A stretch of 64,000 bases of DNA from Candidatus Puniceispirillales bacterium (lineage in GTDB: Bacteria; Pseudomonadota; Alphaproteobacteria; Puniceispirillales; UBA1172). Shown here in pieces: positions 47,154 to 57,378 of the stretch. A model generated the notes under the pieces. That model searched no databases and was not told the origin of the DNA. It worked only from the letters and a program-made list of their open reading frames with translations. The DNA lies in NCBI GenBank assembly GCA_965660675.1, contig CBFIAU010000011.1:12379-76378 (forward strand), given 5' to 3'. Both the position numbers and the translations under genes were made by a program. Numbering within the stretch: the stretch's first letter is position 1; the number at the start of each line of letters is the position of its first letter.

Positions 47154-48556
47154 TTACCCATCATTTTGATCCAACCATTTTGCGCGCCTATGATATTCGC
47201 GGCATTTTGGATGACAGTTTAACAGCGGCTGATGCTTATGCCATTGGTGTTGGTTTTGCCGATATTATTCGCGCAAAATCTGGCCACAAGATTGTTATTG
47301 GCAGAGATGGACGTTTGTCTTCGCCCATGCTTGCCGAACATTTAAGCGAAGGATTAGTGGGTGGCGGCATGGACGTCACTGATATCGGCATCTCGCCAAC
47401 GCCGATGTTATACTTTGCTGATCGGATGTTTCAGGCTGATGGCGCTATTCAGATCACGGGCTCGCATAATCCTGCTAATTATAATGGCTTCAAAATGGTC
47501 ATTGGCCACTTGCCTTTTTACGATGCGGATATTGCCCAGCTTGGTCAAAATATGGCGCAAGGGGTTGAGCTGTCAGCAACAGGCAAAGGCAGCCTCAACC
47601 AAATCGACATTTCAGATCAATATATAAGCGCCCTTAAAACCTATGCTGGTGATTTAAGCGGGCTTGGTCAGCCAGCATTAATTTGGGATTGCGGTAATGG
47701 CGCCACTGGCCCTGTTGTTGATATGCTAACAGGTGAATTACCCGGCCAGCACAAAGTTCTGTTTTCAGATATTGATGGCAATTTCCCCAATCATCATCCT
47801 GACCCTGTTGATCCGGCGACGTTACATTTGTTGCGGCAGGCGGTGGCAGATCATGACGCCATAATAGGGATTGGTTTTGATGGCGATGGTGATCGTATCG
47901 GGTTAATTGATGGCAAGGGGCGGCAAGTCGCTGGTGATGTGTTAACCGCTTATCTGGCGGAAGGGGTGTTGCGGCAGCATGCAGGCGCCAAGATTATCTT
48001 TGATGTCAAGTCTTCATCAGTCGCACTCGATTATGTCAGGTCTTTGGGTGGACAGCCCGAATTATGGAAAACTGGTCATAGCCATATGAAGATGCGGCTG
48101 AAAGAAACGGCGGCGCCTCTGGCTGGTGAGATGAGCGGTCATCTATTTATGGCAAATGATTGGTATGGGTTTGATGATGCGCTACTGGCGGCCGTTGCTG
48201 TGCTTAAAGAAATGGCGCAAACAGGCCGCGATATTACCAGCTTTGTTGATAGATTGCCGCCTGTCTTTGCCACAGCAGAGCTTCGCATAGCATGTCAGGA
48301 AACCGAAAAATTCGCCCTCGTCGATGCGGTTGCGAAAGCGGCAAGATCAAACCCTGACCATGGCACCAGAGATGTTAATAATATTGATGGCATTAGGGTC
48401 ACCACAGAGCAAGGCTGGTGGCTTATCCGGGCATCTAACACAGGCGCAGAATTGGTGGCACGCGCCGAAGGCCGCGACAAGTCAGCGCTGGAAATGCTTG
48501 AAGCAAATATCTATCAACGGCTTCGCTCCGCCGGATGGAAACCCGCAGCGAAATGA
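47150..48556 (+). CDS. Phosphomannomutase/phosphoglucomutase
   Basis: GTG start overlapping the galU stop. Active-site TGSHNPANYNGFK, GFDGDGDR, GEMSGH. Confidence 0.9.
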   Translation: MITHHFDPTILRAYDIRGILDDSLTAADAYAIGVGFADIIRAKSGHKIVIGRDGRLSSPMLAEHLSEGLVGGGMDVTDIGISPTPMLYFADRMFQADGAIQITGSHNPANYNGFKMVIGHLPFYDADIAQLGQNMAQGVELSATGKGSLNQIDISDQYISALKTYAGDLSGLGQPALIWDCGNGATGPVVDMLTGELPGQHKVLFSDIDGNFPNHHPDPVDPATLHLLRQAVADHDAIIGIGFDGDGDRIGLIDGKGRQVAGDVLTAYLAEGVLRQHAGAKIIFDVKSSSVALDYVRSLGGQPELWKTGHSHMKMRLKETAAPLAGEMSGHLFMANDWYGFDDALLAAVAVLKEMAQTGRDITSFVDRLPPVFATAELRIACQETEKFALVDAVAKAARSNPDHGTRDVNNIDGIRVTTEQGWWLIRASNTGAELVARAEGRDKSALEMLEANIYQRLRSAGWKPAAK

Positions 48557-48653
48557 GCAGGATATGAAAAACAAGAAACAGAATTGCCACGGCAAGTCAG
48601 ACTCGCTATAAGCATGACAATAAATATGCCTATCGCTAATAAGGGGGAAAATT

Positions 48654-50816
48654 ATGTCTGAACGTATTAACTCATTTGGACTTCAGGTCGATAAAGACCT
48701 TTATCAGTTTATAAATCAGGATGTGTTGAAACATTTAGACATAAATGAAGATGCTTTTTGGAATGGTTTTGCTGATGCTGTTAAGACTTTGACACCAAAA
48801 AATCGGGCTTTACTTGCCACCCGAAAAACCTTGCAGGATAAAATTGATGCCTGGTTCTTGGAACGTCGCGGCAAGGCATATAATCAAGCCGAATATATCG
48901 CTTTCCTCAAGGATATTGGATACCTGATTGTCGAAGGCGAAGATTTCAATATCTCTACTGATCATGTTGATGAGGAAATGGCATTAGTCGCAGGCCCTCA
49001 GCTTGTCGTGCCTGTGCTTAATGCGCGTTTTGCATTAAATGCCGCAAATGCCCGCTGGGGAAGTTTGTATGATGCGTTTTATGGCACAGATGCGATCCCT
49101 CGTGATGAGCCTGTTGCCACTGGATTTGATAAAGCTCGCGGTAGCCAGGTCATCGCCGCCGCCCGTGATCATTTAGATCAAGTGGTGCCTTTAGCAGCAG
49201 CTAGCCATCATGATACGACCCATTATGTAATCCAGGATGGCCAGCTCCGCGTAACCTGCGCCGATGGCTCAACAACTGAGCTCAAAGACCAAAGCCAATT
49301 CCGCGGATGGTCAGGTGATGCCGCCAATCCGTCCGCTATTTTACTTGCTGTTAATGGTCTCCATCTGGAGCTTGTTATTGATCGGTCTGGTGTCATTGGG
49401 GCAAGTGATAGGGCTGGCATTAATGATATTGTCATCGAATCGGCTTTGACGACTATTGTTGATCTTGAGGATTCGATTGCGGCGGTCGATGCCGAAGATA
49501 AATGTCATGCGTATCGTAACTGGCTTGGTTTGATCAAGGGTGATCTCACGGCCAGCTTTATGAAAGGCGGTAAAGAGCAAATCCGAAAACTTAATCCTGA
49601 TCGGGTCTTTACCGGCACAGATGGTCAGCCATTGACGTTGCATGGGCGGTCGCTTCTGCTGGTGCGTAATGTTGGGCATCTGATGACTAATTCAGCTATT
49701 CTTGATGAACATGGTGATGAGCTGTTTGAAGGCATTATGGATGCGTTTATCTCATCTGCTATTGCTGTCCATGATCTGAAGGGCCAAGGTAAATTCCGCA
49801 ACAGCCGCACAGGGTCAATTTATATCGTCAAACCAAAAATGCACGGCCCTGAGGAAGTCGCCTTTGCTGATGAATTATTTGCCGCTGTTGAAACAACACT
49901 CGGTCTGCCGCTTCATACGATCAAAATAGGCATCATGGACGAAGAACGCCGAACCTCTGTCAATTTGAAAGAATGTATTCGTGCCGCCTCGGCTCGCGTG
50001 GTCTTTATTAATACTGGCTTTTTGGATCGCACTGGCGATGAGATTCATACCTCCATGGAAGCAGGTCCCATGATTCGCAAAACCGCCATGAAGGGAACAA
50101 CATGGATTGCCGCTTATGAAGACTGGAATGTTGATATCGGGCTGGCATGTGGGTTATCCGGAAAGGCACAAATTGGCAAAGGCATGTGGGCCATGCCTGA
50201 TCTGATGGCGGCTATGGTGGATCAGAAAATCGGTCATGTCAAAGCAGGCGCAAATTGCGCATGGGTGCCATCACCAACTGCCGCCACTTTACATGCGCTA
50301 CATTATCATCAGGTTAATGTCTTTGATGTGCAGCAATCGCTCAAGGGTAAACGCCGCGCCAAGCTCGAAGACTTGCTTGCGATCCCTGTTGATACGACAA
50401 GCAATTATTCCGCCGAAGATATCCAGAACGAATTGGATAATAATGCCCAGGGCATATTGGGTTATGTTGTGCGTTGGGTTGATCAGGGTGTCGGCTGCTC
50501 TAAAGTTCCTGATATTAATGATATTGGGCTGATGGAGGACAGGGCGACGCTGCGGATATCTGCTCAGCATATTGCAAACTGGCTTCATCATGGTATCACG
50601 GATACCAATCAAGTCATTGAAACCATGAAGCGCATGGCAAAAGTAGTCGACAGGCAAAATGCAGGGGATCCTGATTATCATCCCATGGCTGATAACTTTG
50701 ATCAATCGATTGCGTTTAAAGCCGCTTGTGATCTTGTCCTCGAAGGTCGCAGCCAGCCATCAGGATATACTGAGCCTGTTCTGCATCGCCGCCGCCTTGA
50801 GCTGAAAGCTAGCTGA
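48654..50816 (+). CDS. glcB: Malate synthase G
   Basis: 720 aa. [41 protein letters not shown]. Confidence 0.95.
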   Translation: MSERINSFGLQVDKDLYQFINQDVLKHLDINEDAFWNGFADAVKTLTPKNRALLATRKTLQDKIDAWFLERRGKAYNQAEYIAFLKDIGYLIVEGEDFNISTDHVDEEMALVAGPQLVVPVLNARFALNAANARWGSLYDAFYGTDAIPRDEPVATGFDKARGSQVIAAARDHLDQVVPLAAASHHDTTHYVIQDGQLRVTCADGSTTELKDQSQFRGWSGDAANPSAILLAVNGLHLELVIDRSGVIGASDRAGINDIVIESALTTIVDLEDSIAAVDAEDKCHAYRNWLGLIKGDLTASFMKGGKEQIRKLNPDRVFTGTDGQPLTLHGRSLLLVRNVGHLMTNSAILDEHGDELFEGIMDAFISSAIAVHDLKGQGKFRNSRTGSIYIVKPKMHGPEEVAFADELFAAVETTLGLPLHTIKIGIMDEERRTSVNLKECIRAASARVVFINTGFLDRTGDEIHTSMEAGPMIRKTAMKGTTWIAAYEDWNVDIGLACGLSGKAQIGKGMWAMPDLMAAMVDQKIGHVKAGANCAWVPSPTAATLHALHYHQVNVFDVQQSLKGKRRAKLEDLLAIPVDTTSNYSAEDIQNELDNNAQGILGYVVRWVDQGVGCSKVPDINDIGLMEDRATLRISAQHIANWLHHGITDTNQVIETMKRMAKVVDRQNAGDPDYHPMADNFDQSIAFKAACDLVLEGRSQPSGYTEPVLHRRRLELKAS

Positions 50817-50822
50817 TTATCC

Positions 50823-51341
50823 ATGTTTAATCTTGATCAGTATATTGCGCGTTATCCCGATTTCCCGAAACCGGGGATCACCTTTTATGACATGTCGCCA
50901 ATGTTGGAAGATCATCATGCGCTGACATCATGCGTTAATGCGCTTGTTGATCTGGCCCGGCCATATCAGCCTGATCTGATTGTCGGGCTTGATGCGCGCG
51001 GATTTTTGTTTGTGACGCCAGTGGCACTTGCACTAAATGCTGGTGCTATCATGATCAGGAAAAAGGGCAAACTGCCCGGTGAAGTCAGCACCCATTCTTA
51101 TACGCTTGAATATGGTGAGGCGACACTTGCTATCCAGCATGATCGTGATATTGCCGGAAAAACTATTGTCATTATTGATGACTTGCTGGCGACTGGCGGT
51201 ACGATTGCCGCCGCTAATGAGCTGATCACAAAGCATGGTGGAAAAATAGCCGCTAATATTGTGCTGATGGAGCTAACCGGATTAAACGGCCGAGCGCATT
51301 TGACAGGTGATGTTCTGGCCATGCAACAATATGAATTCTGA
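50823..51341 (+). CDS. apt: Adenine phosphoribosyltransferase
   Basis: PDFPKPGITFYDMSPML, VIIDDLLATGGT. Confidence 0.93.
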   Translation: MFNLDQYIARYPDFPKPGITFYDMSPMLEDHHALTSCVNALVDLARPYQPDLIVGLDARGFLFVTPVALALNAGAIMIRKKGKLPGEVSTHSYTLEYGEATLAIQHDRDIAGKTIVIIDDLLATGGTIAAANELITKHGGKIAANIVLMELTGLNGRAHLTGDVLAMQQYEF

Positions 51342-51373
51342 TCAGCCTATACGTTATCCTGTTAAATGAGACA

Positions 51374-52465
51374 TTACAGGCCAAGATTTGATCGTGCCGC
51401 TTGCCGTAAGCTGTCAATGAGAACCGATTTTCGGTTTTGTTTGGTGTACCAGAATGTCCAGCCATTGCAGCTTTGCCGGCCAAGAAGTTTTGCCGCTAGA
51501 CTATGGATTGAGCCACTTGCCTCACCAGCCTTTAAGCTACCATCAACACGAACTGTGGCTTTATACGCGCCTTTTTCACAGGTCAGCTGATCACCTGGCT
51601 TAATCAGACCTTGATCGAGCAAAGCGCCAAATGGAATCTTGATCTCATCACGGCGTTCAGGCAGCTCTAATAACTCAGGATCACCAACAGCAAGCGTCGC
51701 CTTGATGCGCTGCTCTGCCAGTGTTGCGTATTCTGGGTCAGCCTCAATCCCTATCCAGTGACGGCGCAAGCGTTTTGCCACCACGCCTGTTGTGCCTGTT
51801 CCAAAAAACGGATCAAGCACGACATCACCCGGCCGCGTCGATGCCATGATCACACGCGCCAGTAATGCCTCTGGCTTTTGGGTAGGATGCGCCTTAACGC
51901 CATCACTTTTTAATCTTTCATTACCCGAACAAATCGGTAGCCACCAATCAGACCGCAATTGACGGTCATCATTAAATGTTTTCATGGCTTGATAATTGAA
52001 TGTATAGCGCGAATTGCGCTGACGTGATGCCCAGATCAGCGTTTCATGAGCATTGGTCATGCGGCGACCCCGAAAATTAGGCATTGGATTGCTTTTCAGC
52101 CAAATCACGTCATTCAAGGTCCAGAACCCTAGATTTTGCATGACCGCACCAACACGGAAAATATTATGATATGAGCCGATTACCCAGATCGTTCCATCAG
52201 GTTTCAAAACGCGGCGCGCCTCAGCCAGCCAATTAGTCGTGAACTCATCATAAGCCGAAAAACTGCCAAATTGATCCCAGCGGTCACCGTCATCAATACC
52301 ATCGACCTTGGAATGGTCAGGTCGGATCAAAACCGCTTGTCCAAGCTGAAGATTATAAGGCGGGTCAGCAAAAATCATATCGACCGAGGCGTCATCAAGC
52401 TGACGCATAGCCTCAATACAATCCCCGCTGATCACCTTATTTTGCTTGGCATCTGCCATTTCCAT
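51374..52465 (-). CDS. ccrM: CcrM-type N6-adenine DNA methyltransferase (GANTC-specific family), orphan
   Basis: Trimmed to ATG 52465 (AAGGGCA upstream). ISGDCIEAMRQLDDASVDMIFADPPYNLQL aligns with the Caulobacter CcrM N-terminus. FFGTGTTG SAM motif. No nuclease gene adjacent. Confidence 0.88.
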   Translation of the reverse strand: MEMADAKQNKVISGDCIEAMRQLDDASVDMIFADPPYNLQLGQAVLIRPDHSKVDGIDDGDRWDQFGSFSAYDEFTTNWLAEARRVLKPDGTIWVIGSYHNIFRVGAVMQNLGFWTLNDVIWLKSNPMPNFRGRRMTNAHETLIWASRQRNSRYTFNYQAMKTFNDDRQLRSDWWLPICSGNERLKSDGVKAHPTQKPEALLARVIMASTRPGDVVLDPFFGTGTTGVVAKRLRRHWIGIEADPEYATLAEQRIKATLAVGDPELLELPERRDEIKIPFGALLDQGLIKPGDQLTCEKGAYKATVRVDGSLKAGEASGSIHSLAAKLLGRQSCNGWTFWYTKQNRKSVLIDSLRQAARSNLGL

Positions 52466-52680
52466 TGCCCTTATTTCTAACAAAACGTTAGACCAATATC
52501 TTCACAATATCACTTCAAATCTCATTATGACATTACGATAATCCTATAATTATACAATAAGTCAATGAGTTATAATGAGAAATTGATTCGTTATCTACAT
52601 ATTGTGTTTGAGCAATAGAGGGATTCTCTATCTTGTGGCTGACCCGATAGAAAATCCGACTGTATTTTGCATATGGATCA

Positions 52681-54549
52681 TTATTCAGCCAGATAAGTTG
52701 ATAATTTCGCTATCATGTCATCTATATCTTGCGAAGGCTGAAGCGTAATTTCTGCCGCTTCCGGGGCTTCATAGGGTGAGCCGATACCCGTGAAGTTAGG
52801 GATATCGCCTGCTCTGGCTTTTTTGTAGAGCCCTTTGGCGTCACGTTGCTCACATAATTCGAGCGGCGTATCAACAAACACCTCAACAAACTCACTATCA
52901 TCAAAGAGCTGCCTTGCCATATCACGTTCTGATCGGAAGGGTGAGATGAAGGCAGTTAGCACAACCAGACCCGCATCAACCATGAGCTTTGCCATTTCTG
53001 CCACACGGCGGATATTTTCAACGCGGTCAGCATCACTGAATCCCAAATCTTTGTTTAAGCCGTGGCGAATATTATCGCCATCAAGCAAATAGGTGCGAAT
53101 ACCCTTAGCATGAAGAGCGCTGGCAAAAGCATCAGCAATCGTTGATTTTCCTGAGCCACTAAGACCTGTGAACCAAAAGACTTTTGAAGTATGGCCATTT
53201 AAGCTACGTCTGGCCGCTTTATCGACATCCAGTTTCTGATGATGGATATTACCTGATCGGCGCAACGCAAAATGGATCATCCCTGCCGCGACCGTTTGGT
53301 TAGTAATCGGATCAATCAGAATAAATGCCCCATATTCAGGCGTCTTTTCATAAGCATCAAAGCAAATCGGTTTCTGGCAATTTACCGTCACCCGGGCAAT
53401 GTCATTCAGCTCCAATGTTCTGGCGGCAAGGTCATTGCCAGTATTGATATCGCGTTTATATTTAATTGATAGCAAACTGGCTGAGACAATCTGGCCAGCC
53501 ACTTTAAGCTGATAGCCGCGACCAGCGATGCCCTTTTCTTCCCCCATCCAGACCAGATCGACTTCAAACTGATCAGCAACCTCAATCGGTTGCAGGTGCG
53601 AGGCAATGACTTCACCGCGAGATATATCGACATTGTCTGTCAGCTCAAGCGTTACCGCAAGCCCTGGCTCAGCTTGCTCAAGCGTCGTGCCAGCCAGCCA
53701 AATATGCTTAATGCTTGTCATAGCACCAGATGGCGAGATCCTCACCTTTTCTCCGACGGTTACAGGTTTGCGCAAAATGATGCCGTTATAGCCTCTAAAA
53801 TCTGAATGCGGGCGGTTCACCAATTGCACCGGCATAGCAAAGCCACTAGCGTCAGCCATTATGCGGTTAGGGACAGACTCGAGTTTGGATATCAGCGTTG
53901 GCCCATTATACCATGCCATTGTTTTTGAACGGCTATTGATATGGTCACCTTTTAACGCTGAGATTGGGATTGGCGTGACATCAGCAAAGTTTAGCTCTTT
54001 TGAAAACGCAGCATAATCCTCAACGATCGTGTTAAAGACGTCTTGGTCGTAATCGATCAAATCCATTTTATTGACCGCTAGAATAATCTGCCTTATCCCC
54101 ATCAGATGACAAATATGCGAATGGCGGCGCGTTTGCTCTAAAATGCCTTGCCGCGCATCAACCAGAATAATGGCTAATGAGGCGGTTGACGCGCCCGTCG
54201 CCATATTGCGCGTATATTGGCTATGGCCGGGGGTATCAGCAACGATAAAACGGCGCTTGTCGGTTGTGAAAAACCGATAGGCGACATCAATGGTAATCCC
54301 CTGTTCACGTTCAGCCGCCAGACCATCAACCAGCAAAGCAAAGTCAATATCTTCACCTTGAGTGCCGTGTTTTTTGGAATCCGATTGTAGCGCCACAACC
54401 TGATCATCAAACAATGCCTGAGCTTCGTATAACATGCGGCCAATTAGCGTTGACTTGCCATCATCGACCGACCCACAGGTAATAAATCGCAAGGTATCAA
54501 GTTCAGATTGATCTTTCAGATAGTCGGTAACTGAGAGTGTTTCAGTCAT
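52681..54549 (-). CDS. cysNC: Bifunctional sulfate adenylyltransferase subunit 1 / adenylylsulfate kinase (CysN-CysC fusion, NodQ-like)
   Basis: Trimmed to ATG 54549, 1 nt after the cysD stop. GTPase [25 protein letters not shown]-terminal APS kinase [13 protein letters not shown]. Confidence 0.92.
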   Translation of the reverse strand: MTETLSVTDYLKDQSELDTLRFITCGSVDDGKSTLIGRMLYEAQALFDDQVVALQSDSKKHGTQGEDIDFALLVDGLAAEREQGITIDVAYRFFTTDKRRFIVADTPGHSQYTRNMATGASTASLAIILVDARQGILEQTRRHSHICHLMGIRQIILAVNKMDLIDYDQDVFNTIVEDYAAFSKELNFADVTPIPISALKGDHINSRSKTMAWYNGPTLISKLESVPNRIMADASGFAMPVQLVNRPHSDFRGYNGIILRKPVTVGEKVRISPSGAMTSIKHIWLAGTTLEQAEPGLAVTLELTDNVDISRGEVIASHLQPIEVADQFEVDLVWMGEEKGIAGRGYQLKVAGQIVSASLLSIKYKRDINTGNDLAARTLELNDIARVTVNCQKPICFDAYEKTPEYGAFILIDPITNQTVAAGMIHFALRRSGNIHHQKLDVDKAARRSLNGHTSKVFWFTGLSGSGKSTIADAFASALHAKGIRTYLLDGDNIRHGLNKDLGFSDADRVENIRRVAEMAKLMVDAGLVVLTAFISPFRSERDMARQLFDDSEFVEVFVDTPLELCEQRDAKGLYKKARAGDIPNFTGIGSPYEAPEAAEITLQPSQDIDDMIAKLSTYLAE

Positions 54550-54550
54550 A

Positions 54551-55999
54551 TTAGAAATACCCCTCTTTTTTCTTTGCTTCCATGCTTGCATGAGCATCTT
54601 TATCAATAGTTCGGCCCTGGCGTTCAGATGTTCGCGCGGTCAGCAATTCGAGAATAATATCCTCAATGCTGCTTGCCGTGCTTTCAACAGCACCTGTTAG
54701 CGGATAGCAGCCTAAAGTCCGAAACCGCACCGTTTTCATTTCCACTTTTTCAGATGGGTTAAGCACTAGCCGATCATCATCCACCATAATCAATGTCCCA
54801 TCACGTTCAACAACAGGGCGGGGAGCGCTAAAATATAGGGGCACAATAGGGATCTGTTCACGATAAATATATGTCCAGATATCTAATTCTGTCCAATTCG
54901 ATAAGGGAAAGACGCGAATAGACTCGCCTTTATTAACCCGCGCATTGTAAATATTCCACAGCTCTGGGCGTTGATATTTCGGGTCCCACTGGTGATTTGC
55001 TGTGCGGAAGGAAAAAATGCGTTCCTTGGCACGGCTTTTTTCCTCATCACGGCGAGCGCCACCAAAGGCCGCATCAAATTGATAGTGATTAAGCGCTTGC
55101 TTGAGCCCTTGCGTTTTCATGATATCGGTATGGAGCGCCGAGCCATGATCAATCGGATTAATCCCTTGTTTGACGCCATCAGGATTTTTATGGATATGTA
55201 GCGTCATCCCCGTTGCATCAGCGACCTGATCACGAAAGGCGTACATCGCCTCAAACTTCCAGCCTGTATCAACATGCAAAAGCGGAAATGGCGGCGGCGC
55301 TGGCCAAAATGCCTTGCGCGCCAAATGCAGCATAACGGCACTATCCTTACCAATGGAATATAGCATCACCGGATTGGCGGTTTCCGCCACAACTTCACGA
55401 ATGATCTCAATGCTTTCGGCTTCTAGTCGATCAAGATGTGATAAGGGAGAAGATGGGGCGGCTGGCACAAAGGCTTGCTCAAAGGTGATATCATAACGCT
55501 CATGAAAGCTCATTTCCGCGATCTGAGTCGATTTAGGGGTTGTGATTTGCTGGCGCAACCGCGCCAATTCCGCATGCAGGAATAATAGCAGTGGCTGTGA
55601 AGTCTCTTGCGCTAGCTGATCAACAAAATGCTGGAGGTGATTTTGCTCTGTCTGGTCAGCGCCTGCAAAGCTCCAAACCCGGGCGCCTCTGCCATCATGG
55701 GCACAGATCATGGCTGGATGCTGATCATGTTGCCATTGCTGAACAATCAGATATTTCCCCCGGCGTGACTTGATTTTACTAATCTCATATTCAAGCAAAT
55801 TATTTTGGACGCCTTTTCCTAAACTGTCTTTGACGTCTGCTGCATCAATGACTGGCGGAAAATAATGGGCATCTGCGGTTAGCCGCTCCAGCTTTTTAAT
55901 ACCAGCCGCGTCATGCGGCAATTGGCATGTATCAAGCAAGGTATCGCGTGTCCAAAGAGAGTCATGTTGTTGTGTATATGGTAGCATAAAATGTCGCAA
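54551..55999 (-). CDS. cysD: Sulfate adenylyltransferase subunit 2 (CysD) with an in-frame N-terminal extension of ~160-185 aa and unknown identity
   Basis: From residue ~186 ([18 protein letters not shown]...[23 protein letters not shown]...[10 protein letters not shown]...[18 protein letters not shown]...) it is collinear with the 302-aa E. coli CysD. The upstream 486 nt are stop-free in the same frame. An alternative internal start is ATG 55513. Confidence 0.85.
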   Translation of the reverse strand: MRHFMLPYTQQHDSLWTRDTLLDTCQLPHDAAGIKKLERLTADAHYFPPVIDAADVKDSLGKGVQNNLLEYEISKIKSRRGKYLIVQQWQHDQHPAMICAHDGRGARVWSFAGADQTEQNHLQHFVDQLAQETSQPLLLFLHAELARLRQQITTPKSTQIAEMSFHERYDITFEQAFVPAAPSSPLSHLDRLEAESIEIIREVVAETANPVMLYSIGKDSAVMLHLARKAFWPAPPPFPLLHVDTGWKFEAMYAFRDQVADATGMTLHIHKNPDGVKQGINPIDHGSALHTDIMKTQGLKQALNHYQFDAAFGGARRDEEKSRAKERIFSFRTANHQWDPKYQRPELWNIYNARVNKGESIRVFPLSNWTELDIWTYIYREQIPIVPLYFSAPRPVVERDGTLIMVDDDRLVLNPSEKVEMKTVRFRTLGCYPLTGAVESTASSIEDIILELLTARTSERQGRTIDKDAHASMEAKKKEGYF

Positions 56000-56105
56000 T
56001 AATTAATCTTAGAAAAATGTTATATATAATTATACGGTTTTAGCTGTCAAATGTTTAATTATAAAATAATATTCAATATTACGATATTTTAATGCACTCG
56101 CTAGA

Positions 56106-56807
56106 TCAAGCCTCACCACTATTGCGATAGGGTGCTAATGGCCGAAAAGACATCCGGTGATATGCCGTACAGCCATGCTCTGCCAATGCCGCTTGATGTT
56201 CGGCTGTGCCATAGCCTTTGTTGTTCTGCCAGCCATATTGCGGATAGGCCTTAGCCAGCTCAATCATGATCTGATCACGCTCCACCTTTGCCATAATAGA
56301 CGCAGCAGCGATCGATAATAGCTTGAGATCACCTTTGATAATCGCCTCAACCTCTGTTCTCTGCGCGGGCGATGACAGATTAGGCTGGATAGAGCCATCG
56401 ACCAGCATAATCACACCATCATGACCCCACACGCCATCATCCTGGTCAAACAATTTATTAGAGGCGGTTTGCATTGCCCGAAATGTTGCTGGCAAGATAC
56501 CTGTTTGATCAATCACGCGCGCGTCTATGGCAGCAGTTGCCAATCGCAGTTTTGATCGGTCTTTGGCAAGCTCAAGCAATGCCGCATAAATTGTCTGGCG
56601 GCGGCTTGCGCAAAGTTTTTTACTATCGGTTAGTCCCGCCGGTAAATGGCTCACCATATCAGGGGATATCCATGCCGCGCCAGCAACAACAGGCCCAGCC
56701 CAAGGGCCGCGCCCCGCCTCATCAATGCCAATCAGAGTGGCGGCGGGATAAGCGGCAAGTCTTTGTCTCTCATAGCTGAAGTCGGGAAATTGGCTGACAG
56801 CGGTCAT
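56106..56807 (-). CDS. rnhB: Ribonuclease HII
   Basis: IGIDEAGRGPWAGPVV, DSKKL, ASIMAKVERD. Confidence 0.92.
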   Translation of the reverse strand: MTAVSQFPDFSYERQRLAAYPAATLIGIDEAGRGPWAGPVVAGAAWISPDMVSHLPAGLTDSKKLCASRRQTIYAALLELAKDRSKLRLATAAIDARVIDQTGILPATFRAMQTASNKLFDQDDGVWGHDGVIMLVDGSIQPNLSSPAQRTEVEAIIKGDLKLLSIAAASIMAKVERDQIMIELAKAYPQYGWQNNKGYGTAEHQAALAEHGCTAYHRMSFRPLAPYRNSGEA

Positions 56808-57352
56808 CCGTTGCGGCCACCAATACCCTGTTCCATCAGACGCGGCATAATCTCAACAAAATTACAGGGCTTATGTCTGATATCCAGCTGCAGCGATAGC
56901 AATTCATCCCAGCCATCACGACATGCCGAAGGTGACCCCGGCAAAGCAAAGACATAAACACCATTAACAACTCCTGCCATAGCCCGGCTTTGCATAGCGG
57001 ACGTGCCTATTTTCTGATAACTCATCCAGCGAAACGCCTCACCAAAGCCTTCAATGGGTTTATCCATGATTGAGGTTAACGCCTCAGGCGTGACATCACG
57101 CCCGGTCAAGCCAGTGCCGCCTGTGGTGATGATGGCATCAACCTGATCACCAGATGACCAGCGTTTGATTTGATCCGCTATATGGTCGATATCATCGCTG
57201 ACGATAGCCCGATCAATCAGATGATGACCAGCTTGGGTGATCCGCTCTGCCAAGACATCACCAGATTTGTCAGTGTCAGGCGTCCGCGTATCGGATACGG
57301 TTAAAACCGCGATAGCAATAGGTTGAAAAGGTATTGCGGGATCAATCGCCAT
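56804..57352 (-). CDS. moaB: Molybdenum cofactor biosynthesis protein MoaB
   Basis: Collinear with E. coli MoaB: [10 protein letters not shown]...[62 protein letters not shown] overlap with rnhB. Confidence 0.9.
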   Translation of the reverse strand: MAIDPAIPFQPIAIAVLTVSDTRTPDTDKSGDVLAERITQAGHHLIDRAIVSDDIDHIADQIKRWSSGDQVDAIITTGGTGLTGRDVTPEALTSIMDKPIEGFGEAFRWMSYQKIGTSAMQSRAMAGVVNGVYVFALPGSPSACRDGWDELLSLQLDIRHKPCNFVEIMPRLMEQGIGGRNG

Positions 57353-57378
57353 CTTTACATCATCACTTCTTTACGTCT

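Noticed and set aside
51374-52465. The DNA methyltransferase as part of a restriction-modification or other defence system.
   Set aside because: No endonuclease, specificity subunit or helicase is adjacent (apt on one side, cysNC on the other). The N-terminus aligns with cell-cycle CcrM, so this is an orphan regulatory methylase.
52477-52491. The CTAAC-AAAAC-GTTAG palindrome upstream of ccrM as a CtrA box.
   Set aside because: The CtrA consensus is a direct TTAA-N7-TTAA(C) repeat. This is an inverted repeat with different spacing, located only 12-26 nt from the start codon. It is kept as a note under the ccrM finding, not called as a feature.
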